The notes: generated by a model from the sequence alone, not told the origin. 63,857 nt of DNA, filler included, from Octopus bimaculoides (GCF_001194135.2; 6 parts of 6 records of this genome joined end to end with filler, not necessarily neighbours in it); one strand, 5' to 3'; shown: positions 12,819-25,069, counted from the whole stretch's first letter. Program-made: numbers and translations.

Positions 12819-13685
12819 NNNNNNNNNNNNNNNNNNNNNNNNNNNNNNNNNNNNNNNNNNNNNNNNNNNNNNNNNNNNNNNNNNNNNNNNNNNNNNNNNN
12901 NNNNNNNNNNNNNNNNNNNNNNNNNNNNNNNNNNNNNNNNNNNNNNNNNNNNNNNNNNNNNNNNNNNNNNNNNNNNNNNNNNNNNNNNNNNNNNNNNNNN
13001 NNNNNNNNNNNNNNNNNNNNNNNNNNNNNNNNNNNNNNNNNNNNNNNNNNNNNNNNNNNNNNNNNNNNNNNNNNNNNNNNNNNNNNNNNNNNNNNNNNNN
13101 NNNNNNNNNNNNNNNNNNNNNNNNNNNNNNNNNNNNNNNNNNNNNNNNNNNNNNNNNNNNNNNNNNNNNNNNNNNNNNNNNNNNNNNNNNNNNNNNNNNN
13201 NNNNNNNNNNNNNNNNNNNNNNNNNNNNNNNNNNNNNNNNNNNNNNNNNNNNNNNNNNNNNNNNNNNNNNNNNNNNNNNNNNNNNNNNNNNNNNNNNNNN
13301 NNNNNNNNNNNNNNNNNNNNNNNNNNNNNNNNNNNNNNNNNNNNNNNNNNNNNNNNNNNNNNNNNNNNNNNNNNNNNNNNNNNNNNNNNNNNNNNNNNNN
13401 NNNNNNNNNNNNNNNNNNNNNNNNNNNNNNNNNNNNNNNNNNNNNNNNNNNNNNNNNNNNNNNNNNNNNNNNNNNNNNNNNNNNNNNNNNNNNNNNNNNN
13501 NNNNNNNNNNNNNNNNNNNNNNNNNNNNNNNNNNNNNNNNNNNNNNNNNNNNNNNNNNNNNNNNNNNNNNNNNNNNNNNNNNNNNNNNNNNNNNNNNNNN
13601 NNNNNNNNNNNNNNNNNNNNNNNNNNNNNNNNNNNNNNNNNNNNNNNNNNNNNNNNNNNNNNNNNNNNNNGTGTGTGTGTGTGTG

Positions 13686-13724
<39 letters not shown>

Positions 13725-14073
13725 CGTAACATTGTATTACTCAGTAGAAATGAAAATTAGCATAAGTATTTGAATGTCTATGCTGTGATAAGAAATCATA
13801 GTAATGTAAATACATTCGTGCTATACTTTTGATGCGAGGAGCAAAGCATGGCCAGACTTCTGACCAACATATTCAACACTATTTTTATTGTTGGTCTTAT
13901 GAAATGCACCGAATATTGGATTGTTTGTTTTTTCTTACAGAAAGTATCGGATATTTGGCTAATATATATTGCAGGCAAAAATTCAGTTCGTTTTGTAGTG
14001 GATAACACCACTAACATACGTTATTTATATTATTTACAATTGACGGATATTCGTCCTTATCTTGTTTGTTGTT

Positions 14074-14111
14074 AACCTAACGTTTCGGCTGATATACCTT
14101 CATCAGGTGTC
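14074..14111 (-). ncRNA. Minimal type-I hammerhead ribozyme motif (Penelope-type), decayed
   Basis: Minus strand GACAC-CTGATGA-A-GG-TATATCAG-CC-GAAA-CG-T-T-AGGTT; palindromic stem III AACGTT; stem I has two mismatches next to the core. Confidence 0.55.
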
Positions 14112-14159
14112 TTGGGGAAATTTCAAACCTGGATTCTCATTCCTAAAGTATTTTTCGAT

Positions 14160-14274
14160 ATTGTTGTTGTTGTTGTTGTTGTTCTTCTTCTTCTTCTTCT
14201 TCTTTTTCTTCTTCTTCTTCTTCTTCTTCTTCTTCTTCTTCTTCTTCTTCTTCTTCTTCTTCTTCTTCTACTAC

Positions 14275-14329
<55 letters not shown>

Positions 14330-14345
14330 CATTATTATTATTATA
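14160..14345. repeat. Compound (TTG)n(TTC)n(TTA)n microsatellite
   Basis: Direct reading. Confidence 0.95.
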
Positions 14346-14915
14346 ACCATGATTATTTTTATTTTTCATTATCATCATCATTAATGTTTATGGCAATATT
14401 GAAGGCAATATTCATGGTAGTATCCTCAGAACGCTGGAGAAAATGTATTTCAGTAATATAATTACCGAATCTCCACAGGATATTTTGCAATCCATGCTTT
14501 ATCTTCAACAAATTAAGTACCAGTAAAATACTAGGATAAAATCTATTAGATATGTACTCCATCCTGAGAAATCTGTCATCTCGTCTTTTTGTAAAACATC
14601 AATATCCGCAGGAAGGAAAAAGTGTCATTTACTGTCTGTTTTTGGATATCTAATTGCATTTGATTGTACGTGCATGTTATAGCAAAAGTTTTTCTATTAA
14701 GAATCCAAACATTAAACAAACACTTCCCACATAAATTTGTTTTTCTTTCCTCCTTCCAGTTAATTTTATCTTTTCTTGCTCAGATATTTTCTATGAACTC
14801 ATAAAATCATCAAACCTAACAATTGTGATATTTCATTCGTGGCAATAAATTATTACATTGCTATAATTTTTTTTTTTAAATTCATTTGAATTGCATTCGT
14901 TGTTGCATTCTATTT

Positions 14916-14968
<53 letters not shown>

Positions 14969-15559
14969 CCCATAGCTGTCATTGCTTTCGTATTGCCTCA
15001 GCCATTGTTATTTGTTTTGTTTTTGTTATTGTTTTTGTCACCTTTCTCAACATCAGTCACGTTGATGTTTTTGTTCGAGCTACTGGTGTTGTTGTTGCAT
15101 GTGTCATTGTCCTCATTAATGTCGTTGTTGCTATTGCTGTGGCTGTTATTGACTGATGTTGTTATTAAGACAAAAGTTTTCGGGTAATTATTATCATTAC
15201 AAGGTGTTTGCAAGACTCGTGGCCTAAAGAATTTTAATGACATAGCCATGTCCAATAAAACTGTTTATTAAATTCTCTATAGGCGTGGATGCTATAATCA
15301 ATTTTGTAGAATTTTGTTGTTAAATCTTTCTGTTAGGGAAACTTTTTTGCTTATTCTTTGACGTCTTTTTAAAAACCTTCATGCAACAATTAGCAAAAGT
15401 TATCATGAAATATTTGTTATAGTTACGATCATTTTCATTTTGTATCTGTAATAATCTTGAGAATTTATTGATTTAGCTGTGATGTATTTTGAATATGTGT
15501 ATGTGCGTGCGTAAGTGTGTGTATGTGTATGCATGTATATGAATATATATGTATATATC

Positions 15560-15750
15560 TATACGTGTGTGTTTCTGCGTTTGTCACCCATCACCGTTTG
15601 ACAACAGATGTTTGTTTACGTCTCCGTAACATAGCAGTTTGACAAAAAGGATCCGGTATAATGTGTACCAGGTTTAAAAAGAAATGGTTTTCGACCCAGT
15701 ATTGTGGCAGTCGGATGACTGAAACAATAAAAAGAAAAAAAAGAAAAGAG
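15560..15750 (+). mobile_element. SINE family A, 3' half
   Basis: TTTACGTCTCCGTAACATAGCAGTT…GGCAGTCGGATGACTGAAACAATAAAAAG. Confidence 0.7.
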
Positions 15751-16112
15751 ATATATTTTTTTTGTGTGAAGATACGTAACCAGATGGTGAAGTTATTGGA
15801 CACACGGTCGTAAGGACATGGGTTCGATTCTTAAACTAGGTGATATTTTGTCTCCTTGAGCACTTATGCAAATCTCTTTGATCCAGTCTGCTCACCCTAT
15901 ATGAGTGCCTGCTAGGAGTTGGTGCCACCCTCTCTCCCTCTATCATTCGCATTCTGTATATCCCACCGGGTCAATGATGGAAGGCTCGAGAGTATATCTG
16001 TGTCTGCTCGTGTTACATACGCACTTAAGACAATAACCGAAAGCATGTTACATGCTACCGAGTTATGATCGCATTTATATATTATCGTGTAAGTATGCGT
16101 GTATGTGCGTCC

Positions 16113-16168
<56 letters not shown>

Positions 16169-16496
16169 TATGAAATCAAATGTGACGAAGTGACAAATGA
16201 AAAGAAAATTATGCTATGAGCTTCATTGACTTACAGCTGTTTCTGCAACATGATGCAACGTACTCAGAACTGAGTACCTGTGCATAACTTTACAGCTTAT
16301 TACTTCCTCTGAGCTTCAAACTAGAAGTGCAGAAACAGCTGTAAGCTAATTAAATTCATTCCATAATCTTTTTGTCATTACTTTAATTCCTTATTAAGCT
16401 CTGTGCTCGACTAACGTTGTATTCTGAAGCATATGTATATAGATTTCTAACACCATATTTTAGCATCGCTATGCTTAAGAAGAATGTTAAAATATA

Positions 16497-16532
<36 letters not shown>

Positions 16533-16549
16533 CATATATATATATGTAC

Positions 16550-16635
<86 letters not shown>

Positions 16636-16644
16636 GCATATATA

Positions 16645-16679
<35 letters not shown>

Positions 16680-16832
16680 TTATATATATACATATATATA
16701 TACACATATATATATACATATATATACATATGTATATTTATAAATGTGCAACATCGCAAGCAACCAAGCAGGATTGAGCTTCATTTTAATATATTATATA
16801 TAAAGAGATAGATAGACAGATAGATAGATAGG

Positions 16833-16870
<38 letters not shown>

Positions 16871-16876
16871 CATACA

Positions 16877-16908
<32 letters not shown>

Positions 16909-17221
16909 AATATTACATTTCTAAATCTCTCAGAAAGAGTTATGCAGTAATAGCACGATAAAGTGATGGCTTGTTGCCAAGTTAATATAGCAGCCCCAGG
17001 AAAGGGTTCTCTCTCCTCGGGTTGCCACATTAAGTTTGGTAACAAGCCATCTCAATATATATAAATATATATATATCGTTTTGGGGTTTGGTTTGCAAGA
17101 TTCTCTTTATGTGAGTTCGTATGTTGAAGAGTCATTTTCTTTTTGTGCCTTATAATTTAACACACTCACCGAGTTACATTATAAGGCACAAAAGAAATGA
17201 CACTCCCCAGACACAACAGAG

Positions 17222-17337
<116 letters not shown>

Positions 17338-17603
17338 CGTACGTATGTATGTATTATGTATGTATGTATGTATGTATACACGAGTGAGTGGACAAACGAA
17401 AAAGGCACTCAGCGCATTTAGTATGAGCTACCTTTATTATTACTTAACACGGTTTGGTTCAGCCCCATACAACTAAAAGTTTCGAAGGCTCGTTACAAGA
17501 ACACAGTTCGCACAGGCAGCTGAATCCTGATCTAGGCTCCTGTAGCAACCTTACGAAACTTTAATTTGCATGGGGCCGAATCAAACTGTTTTAAATACAC
17601 ACA

Positions 17604-17651
<48 letters not shown>

Positions 17652-17814
17652 CCACCATCCACCCCGCTACTACTACCACCACTATTGCTACTATTACTAC
17701 CACTACCAACACCACCACCACCACCATTACAATATAAAGCTGAAGCAAATCAACACCAAATATATAGTGCGTGTGTTTTTATTGGCTAAACTGGCAACAT
17801 GACCATCCCCAAAT

Positions 17815-17871
<57 letters not shown>

Positions 17872-17969
17872 GTCATAATTTTCATAATTCTAAATGCTAT
17901 ATGGTTATAAATAGCTATTTGTGTATGACAACTCTTGTTCGCAAATATTCGTTGCATCTAAGAACTCAC

Positions 17970-18111
17970 CATTGAAAGACGTCCGTTTTAAAGCCTGCAA
18001 ATGAGGGACCGTCAACGTGATCTTTAGAAAGAGCAGTATAATCTCTCGAAAATGAATAATGCATTGTATGATATAACCGATAGTTTGTAGAACATTGAGG
18101 GATGTAATTAC
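17970..18111 (-). CDS. Candidate internal exon of an unidentified minus-strand gene (142 nt)
   Basis: Acceptor TTCTTCCTTCTAG| and donor |GTGAGT. Two frames are open, one giving (G)NYIPQCSTNYRLYHTMHYSFSRDYTALSKDHVDGPSFAGFKTDVFQ(W). Could instead be a decayed LINE. Confidence 0.35.
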
Positions 18112-19244
18112 CTAGAAGGAAGAATGCGAAGCCTATCGTTTCGATCTCTTGCTCTTCAAAGGAGATGAAGCTGTCGTTGGTAGAAAACGAAGAAGGGTGA
18201 CGTTCAATGAACAGTAGAATAAAATGAATGCGTTCAAACGATGAATGGAAAACACTTTTGAAACGGGTTGCTGACCTGTTTTCGATTTTTTTACTCTCCT
18301 TCAATAGAAAGGAGGGAAAGATGAAGATGCTGTTGGTCTGACCTTCAGCAATGAGTGAAGGGTTGTTTTTCCTATCTTCAATCATTCTTTCAGATTCTGA
18401 GCTTTACTCTAGTGGATCATAGAGGTCCATATACAGTTTGCCACTGTATCCCATCTTCAATCACTCTTTCAGTTTCTGGGCTTTACTCTTTGGCTAATGT
18501 AGTTCTATGTACACCTTACACCAAAGTAAATGGATTCTGGTTTCAGTACCCCATTATAACCCCTCATAACTATTTTTAGTTTTATGAATTTTCAGAAAAG
18601 TTTTGCGAATTTGTGTTGTACACACGGGAAGTCTTACGATTATGAAAAAGGGATTTTTTTAATTTTTAAACCCATCATTAACCCTCGGATACATCATAAT
18701 TACATTAAATGTGTTTATGGCGAGAAACATATTGAAAAACATCAATGTTTCAGAATGACAAAGAAACGAGAAAGGTATCAGGTGGTCGTGAGATGTGCTT
18801 AAATTAACAGCTAAATCGCCCTTAAGTCACACGCAATTTTTTTTTTTTTTTTGTCGTATGAATTCTCGAGAAGGCATATTCGCAATTTTCTGAAAATAAA
18901 AATGTTAAGAGGGGTTTTATATGGAATACTTAAACCAGAATTCCATCCCAAATTAATATGGAGTTTTTACAGGTGAGATATCATTGTTTGATTAGAACTC
19001 ATATGATTCAAACAAGCAACAACACATCCTAGGTATCTTCTTTTATCTTACCTGGTTTCGCTATATTTTGTATCAATTCAGGGTCTGCAATAAGAAAAGC
19101 ACCAACCAGACCTTACAGATGAATTATAGATACAGAGACAAGACACTGAGAAAAGACAGACTGGAAATCAGCCAACAGAATGTGAACTCAGAAAATATCA
19201 CAAAACCTTATGTCTATCACTAGTTTCAGTTATAATGATTTCAA

Positions 19245-19685
19245 ATTTTTACACAGGGCCAGTAATTTCGGAGACGGAGGTAAGTCGATTCTATCAACCC
19301 CAGTACTCAACTGATGTTTAATTTATCGAACCCAAAAGGAGGAAAGGCAAAGTCGACCCGGCAGAATTTGAACTCAGAATGTGAAGACGAGCGAAATGGC
19401 GTTAAACAATTTGCCCCGCGTGCTAATGGTTCTGCCAGCTCACCGATTTATTAGCTTCAGTTATAACGATAATAATCCTTTCTACTAAAGGTCTGAGATT
19501 TTGTGGGAAGTGGAAAACAGATTGTATCAACTCCAGTGCTCAATCGGTACATAGTTTATCACCTCCGAAATGATGAAGGTGAAGTCGACCTCGGTAGAAT
19601 TTGAACTCAGAACGAAAAGAGTTGGAAGAAATACTGCTAAGCATTTTGACCGACGCTCTAACCATTCTGCGATCTCACTACCTTT
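19245..19685 (-). mobile_element. Two tandem SINE family B copies
   Basis: Two matches to AAAGGCAAAGTCGACC…GAATTTGAACTCAGAA…GCTAA…TTCTGC (about 19245-19445 and 19480-19685). Confidence 0.85.
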
Positions 19686-19713
19686 AATAATCATAATAAT
19701 AATAATAATAATG

Positions 19714-19746
<33 letters not shown>

Positions 19747-19749
19747 TAA

Positions 19750-19945
19750 CAAAACACCAGGACTTACAAATATATATAACATACAGAAAATTGCACTACT
19801 GGGCACAGCACACATCCTACGCAAAACACTTTCAATACAGTAACCATAAGAGCACCACAGCAAACCACAGCACATACCCAAGGCGCACAGAGCTGCGCTC
19901 GGTTGTGAAGTGAAAGCACGTTATAAAAATAAAACTACTGAATAA
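19750..19945 (+). mobile_element. R4/Dong-type LINE extreme 3' end embedded in (AAT)n
   Basis: PGLTNIYNIQKIALLGTAHILRKTLSIQ* (same motif as the QK..LLGT..I end of the other RLE copies), 3' UTR, (AAT)n on both sides. Confidence 0.8.
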
Positions 19946-20059
19946 TAATAATAATAATANNNNNNNNNNNNNNNNNNNNNNNNNNNNNNNNNNNNNNNNN
20001 NNNTTAATTAATTAANNNNNNNNNNNNNNNNNNNNNNNNNNNNNNNNNNNNNNNNNNNN

Positions 20060-20328
20060 TACGCAATGTTACAGAAAGTGTAAAAGCAGCAGACGATTCG
20101 AAGACGGCCTAAAATAATTCGATATTCACGAACGTTCTGGGAGCCCGCAAGCAGCAGAACTGAGAAAAACATCGCAGATGTGCGTGTAGCTGCGAGGGGA
20201 AATCGTCAAATCACCATCCGTGAGTCATCAGAGTATGTGCAGATTAGTTACCGTTCAGCTCAGTCCATTATCACTGAAGATTTGGGTATGAGACGTGTGT
20301 CTGTACGTTTGTGCCAAAACTGCTTTTA
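20060..20328 (+). mobile_element. mariner transposase HTH fragment
   Basis: HERSGSPQAA…NIADVRVAARGNRQITIRESSEYVQISYRSAQSIITEDLGMRRVS, matching the mariner ERSGRP…LGMRRVSAKFVP pattern. Confidence 0.8.
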
Positions 20329-20843
20329 GTGTCATGGGCAGTGTGACAATCACACGTTACACACCAAGCGGCTTTACTCTGCGTGCATTAACTTCGTTAC
20401 TAGGGCAACATCGTCGACTAAACTAGCAACCCCACCTAGTTTGCTGGGTGGGAAGGGTGATTGTTGGACTCGTGAGTAATCAACAATCATCCAACAATAC
20501 ATATGTATACACCGTTCTAATTTTATTAAACATCTGATTTTATTTTACATGTTTATACATTTCAATTTATGTATATTTTTAATTAAATTTTACTTTTGTA
20601 TATTTAATTATATANNNNNNNNNNNNNNNNNNNNNNNNNNNNNNNNNNNNNNNNNNNNNNNNNNNNNNNNNNNNNNNNNNNNNNNNNNNNNNNNNNNNNN
20701 NNNNNNNNNNNNNNTATATATATACGTATATATATGTATATATATATATGTATATATGTACATATATATATATCTACATAAGTATATACATATATATATA
20801 TACGTATATGTATGTATACACACACACACACACNNNNNNNNNN

Positions 20844-20894
<51 letters not shown>

Positions 20895-21302
20895 CATATG
20901 CATATATTCCTGCATGAGTTAGAGGTTGGGAAACCAACTAAGGGATAGTACTTATCCAATATACTGCTGGTAGTAGTGTACCCAATTATTCATATCCATA
21001 TGATAGTTATTGCATGGCAATCTTGCAATTGGGTATTGTATATGGGCGGGGGTAAGAAGTGGTTTACCCGTGATTTATACGGCAAATAAGAAATCGGAGA
21101 GGGTATAAAATCGACAGACATCAGTCGGTAAACATTCCAGTGTGTCTATTTATTCAAATGTATTGGATGAATATACACACATGTATGAGTGGTACAGATT
21201 AACGAGTGGAAACACTGCACAAACAAAGGTGTGAATACATATAAGCAATTAGAAAGAAGTGAGCAAATTGGCAAAAAAACTAAATGGGTGTGCAGGTGCT
21301 AG

Positions 21303-21336
21303 TTCCTTACGGCCGTTTCTGCCAAGAGGCAAGGAA
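21303..21336 (-). ncRNA. Hammerhead scaffold lacking the CUGANGA core (pseudo-ribozyme)
   Basis: Minus strand TTCCT-[no CTGANGA]-TGCC-TCTT-GGCA-GAAA-CGGCCG-T-A-AGGAA; stems I, II and palindromic III are all perfect. Confidence 0.55.
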
Positions 21337-21519
21337 ATCTTCACGGTTATCTCCGTCTCTTCAGTGTTATGCAGGGATGAGTAGACAAGACTTGGATAAT
21401 GGATGTGCCCCTAGGTTTCTTTAGAGTATCTAAGTGGTTGGGGAGGCTAACACATATAAATATCAGTTAAGAATATCTAAGGTGTGTTTATCCTTTTAAA
21501 TAGAGTAGAGTAAGAAGAA

Positions 21520-21875
21520 GAAGAGTGACAGCAAACACAAGAATACGAGTGAAGTACATCAAGATATAGGACATGATATTGCCAGACCCTGGGCTTCAGA
21601 GGTGCACAGCTCTTCAATATCCTCCCGAAGGACCTGAGAGACCTGCATGGGGTGGATGTAGGTGTCTTCAAACTAAAACTGGATCGTTTACTGTCAAATG
21701 TCCCAGATGAGCCAATTTCACGGCAGGAGGTGCAGATGAGGTGAGCGGCATCAAACTCCCTCATGCACCAAATGTCAATTCTTAAAGAGCATTCGTGAAG
21801 TAAAATTATGTAGCAACACGAAATGTCGGTGCCCCAGCATGGCCACAGCTCGTGAGCTGAAACTAGATCAAATCA
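21520..21875 (+). mobile_element. CR1 LINE 3' end
   Basis: TLGFRGAQLFNILPKDLRDLHGVDVGVFKLKLDRLLSNVPDEP; tail GGTGCCCCAGCATGGCCACAGCTCGTGAGCTGAAAC. Confidence 0.85.
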
Positions 21876-21883
21876 AATAATAT

Positions 21884-21922
<39 letters not shown>

Positions 21923-21984
21923 TGTGTGTGTGCATGTATGTATGTATGTATGTATGTATGTATGTATGTATGTATATATATACA

Positions 21985-22130
21985 CAAGTTAGCCGTTTGG
22001 CAAAACACAACAAAAGCATAAGTTGTAGGCTTACAAAGAATATATCATCGCGTCGATTTCCTCGACTAAAGGCGGTGCTCTAGCATGGCCGCAGTCACAT
22101 GACCGAAACAAGTAAAACAATAAAAAGTAT
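21985..22130 (+). mobile_element. SINE family A, 3' half
   Basis: GTTAGCCGTTTGGCAAAA…AAAGGCGGTGCTCTAGCATGGCCGCAGTCACATGACCGAAACAAG. Confidence 0.8.
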
Positions 22131-22181
22131 AGCTACGCATATAGCCACTCTTATGCATATATAAGTATATATACATGTATA

Positions 22182-22223
<42 letters not shown>

Positions 22224-22399
22224 TGTGTGCATATATATATACATGTATATATATGTATATATGTATGTATATATAAATGTATATATATATATATGTATAT
22301 ATACATGTATATATATAAACATACATGTATATATACATACATGTATATATATATACATGTATGTGTATATACATACAAGTATATATATATACATATATG

Positions 22400-22489
<90 letters not shown>

Positions 22490-22814
22490 CATATATATAT
22501 TTAAAATGCAGAGATGCCTATAATAGGACATCTAACCCGCTAGAAATAGCAGCAAAAGACTACATACCACAAAAATTAGGGATAATTTCGAAAGGGAATG
22601 AAAAATAAAAACATTATATACACGCATATATTTGCGTTGGTTCCTGGTAAACTCTTGTTTATCCTGTTGTTACCCGCACTCTACGTGCATGGTGTGCCTG
22701 CATACCAATGCCCGGAGATAATACGGGTAACGGATGCCGTTAGTATATGCGGATATTTTATCCCTTAGTCGGTTACTATAACCGCTAACTCTGTTTACAC
22801 ATATATACACACAC

Positions 22815-22945
22815 ACACATGTTAGCCGTTTGGCGAAGCACGGTGATAGCATAAGTACTAGACTTACAAAGAATAAATCGTGGGGTCGATTCATTCGACT
22901 AAAGGCGGTGCTCCGTCATGGCCGCAGTCACATGACTGATATAAC
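22815..22945 (+). mobile_element. SINE family A, 3' half
   Basis: GTTAGCCGTTTGGCGAAG…AAAGGCGGTGCTCCGTCATGGCCGCAGTCACATGACTG. Confidence 0.8.
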
Positions 22946-23380
22946 TAAATAAAAGCCTATGCCATTTTAATCCCGATGAAGGCCGGGTATCTCTACTAGT
23001 TTATCTATCTATAAGTAATTACCCAACCAACGACGGGTATTACTGCTCGCATTTAATATATGTAGTCAAACTACAGATGAGCGTACTCTGCCCAGCTATC
23101 CGTTGGCGACGGCGACAGTAACAACGATTCGCAACATGAAACTGTAACCCACTATTCCCCGCTCGGTTATTTCCCGTTAGGCGAAAGTAACCTACTAGCA
23201 ATTGGCCTGTGACCTATATACTGTGATAAAAAATATTTCATTCATAAAAAGCTTTCCTCTTCTCGTAAACCAAAATCTCTGTCACACTGAAAGTAAAATA
23301 TTGGCACAAGCTTCAACTTCCGCAACAAATGAAAGCTAGCAATTTTCGTAAACTAAATTTAGACAATGGATAAAGGAAGC

Positions 23381-23462
23381 TGATAACTTCCAACTTTTTA
23401 ATGGAGGCCATCAAATATGAATGGATTTTCCAAACCTATATCTGCTCAGAAAGCTATATAAG
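23381..23462 (+). promoter_or_regulatory. Core promoter of gene A: TATA box with upstream kB-like and GATA motifs
   Basis: TATATAAG at 23455-23462, about 100 nt before ATG 23562; GGATTTTCC at 23423-23431; TGATAA at 23381-23386. Confidence 0.55.
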
Positions 23463-23561
23463 CCGATATTCCATCGTTAAATGAACACAGTTTCATAGCC
23501 AACAGTGGAACTACAACCTGACTTTCTCGTAAAACCTTGTTCATAACAAAAATCACACAAA

Positions 23562-23571
23562 ATGAATAACT
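23562..23571 (+). CDS. Gene A (secreted, helical-cytokine-like) coding exon 1
   Basis: CAAA-ATG AAT AAC T|GTAAGT; the phase-1 end joins exon 2 to give MNNY-WQYILILCV…. Confidence 0.75.
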
Positions 23572-23663
23572 GTAAGTATGAGGTCTTCATAATATACATA
23601 CATACACATATACATACATATATACATATATACATAAAGGCACACACACACAGATATACACAT

Positions 23664-23696
<33 letters not shown>

Positions 23697-24244
23697 TATA
23701 CACACATATTATGTTTTGCTTGTTTTAGTCACTAGGCTGCGGCCATGCTGTAGCATGAACAAATCCTTTCAACTCCTACTTTCTCTTATGAACCTTTACG
23801 AACAATCCAACAACAAATACAAAAAGAAAGGAAGGAGAAACACTGACAGTAAAAGAAAACTATTTCAGTATCAAAACTCAAACAATCACATTTCGATACT
23901 GTAATGACAGTTTCNNNNNNNNNNNNNNNNNNNNNNNNNNNNNNNNNNNNNNNNNNNNNNNNNNNNNNNNNNNNNNNNNNNNNNNNNNNNNNNNNNNNNN
24001 NNNNNNNNNNNNNNNNNNNNNNNNNNNNNNNNNNNNNNNNNNNNNNNNNNNNNNNNNNNNNNNNNNNNNNNNNNNNNNNNNNNNNNNNNNNNNNNNNNNN
24101 NNNNNNNNNNNNNNNNNNNNNNNNNNNNNNNNNNNNNNNNNNNNNNNNNNNNNNNNNNNNNNNNNNNNNNNNNNNNNNNNNNNNNNNNNNNNNNNNNNNN
24201 NNNNNNNNNNNNNNNNNNNNNNNNNNNNNNNNNNNNNNNNNNNN

Positions 24245-24308
<64 letters not shown>

Positions 24309-24911
24309 TTAAATTTTTCCCACAAGGGCGGCTTCGGGAAGGTGGAGAATAGTCGATTATATCGACCCCTATGTCCAGGGTTACGGTTTTTGGGTTAGGG
24401 TTTTAGGGTTACGTAATAAGTCACAGCCGGACAACGTCGGGTTATACTGCTAGTGTATGTATAAAAGTGGTTTTAATATGGTCTTGTCTTTCCTGTGATA
24501 TATAAAATATCGCCTGTTTCCATATATTGAATATTTCTATTTTTATCTTTGCTGAATACAACCATCACAGTGCAGTACATTGTTTTTATTTCTATTATTT
24601 AAATATCGCACTCTATTCCTATGTTAGAACAAAACACCACAAAACACTTAAAACATGGCCTTCTTCCACTCACCAAATTATCTATTCACATCTCTATAAA
24701 ACACTACACAAGAAATTATTGTTTATATTTAGTGGAACTATATGAAATATTTGTGAATTTCGTTTATTGAGTTCCAAAACGTTCAGCTCATTGTTTACTA
24801 CCCGTGAAAAACTAACAGCGATTTAGCGAGATCTTTCTTTCAAGAGTTCCTTAAATGTCTCCGTTTCCTTCTAAATGTTCCTTAATGATATTTTTTTGTA
24901 TTTTCCCGTAG

Positions 24912-25069
24912 ACTGGCAATATATATTGATCCTATGTGTCTCAGTCTGGACTTCATTCATCCATGGGGCGTCCATAAAATCCACAACGATACCAATAACT
25001 AACATAAAGGCTCAGCTTGACACGGCTCGAAGGGCCTCAAAAGCTGTGAACACTACTTTGTACACTTTT
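24912..25069 (+). CDS. Gene A exon 2 (signal peptide remainder plus predicted helix A)
   Basis: Acceptor TTTTTTGTATTTTCCCGTAG|, donor TTT|GTAAGT; 158 nt, phase 1 to 0; WQYILILCVSVWTSFIHGASIKSTTIPITNIKAQLDTARRASKAVNTTLYTF. Confidence 0.8.

Noticed and set aside
13848-14530. Possible paralog of gene A (MARLLTNIFNTIFIVGL…; …LEKMYFSNIITESPQDIL)
   Set aside because: No consistent donor/acceptor chain could be built; the shared FSNI is probably chance.
20004-20015. TTAATTAATTAA islands inside N runs (also 32874, 37815, 57875, 60898)
   Set aside because: Always centred in a 44N+12+44N block of 100 bp; this is an artificial all-frame-stop scaffolding linker, not biology.
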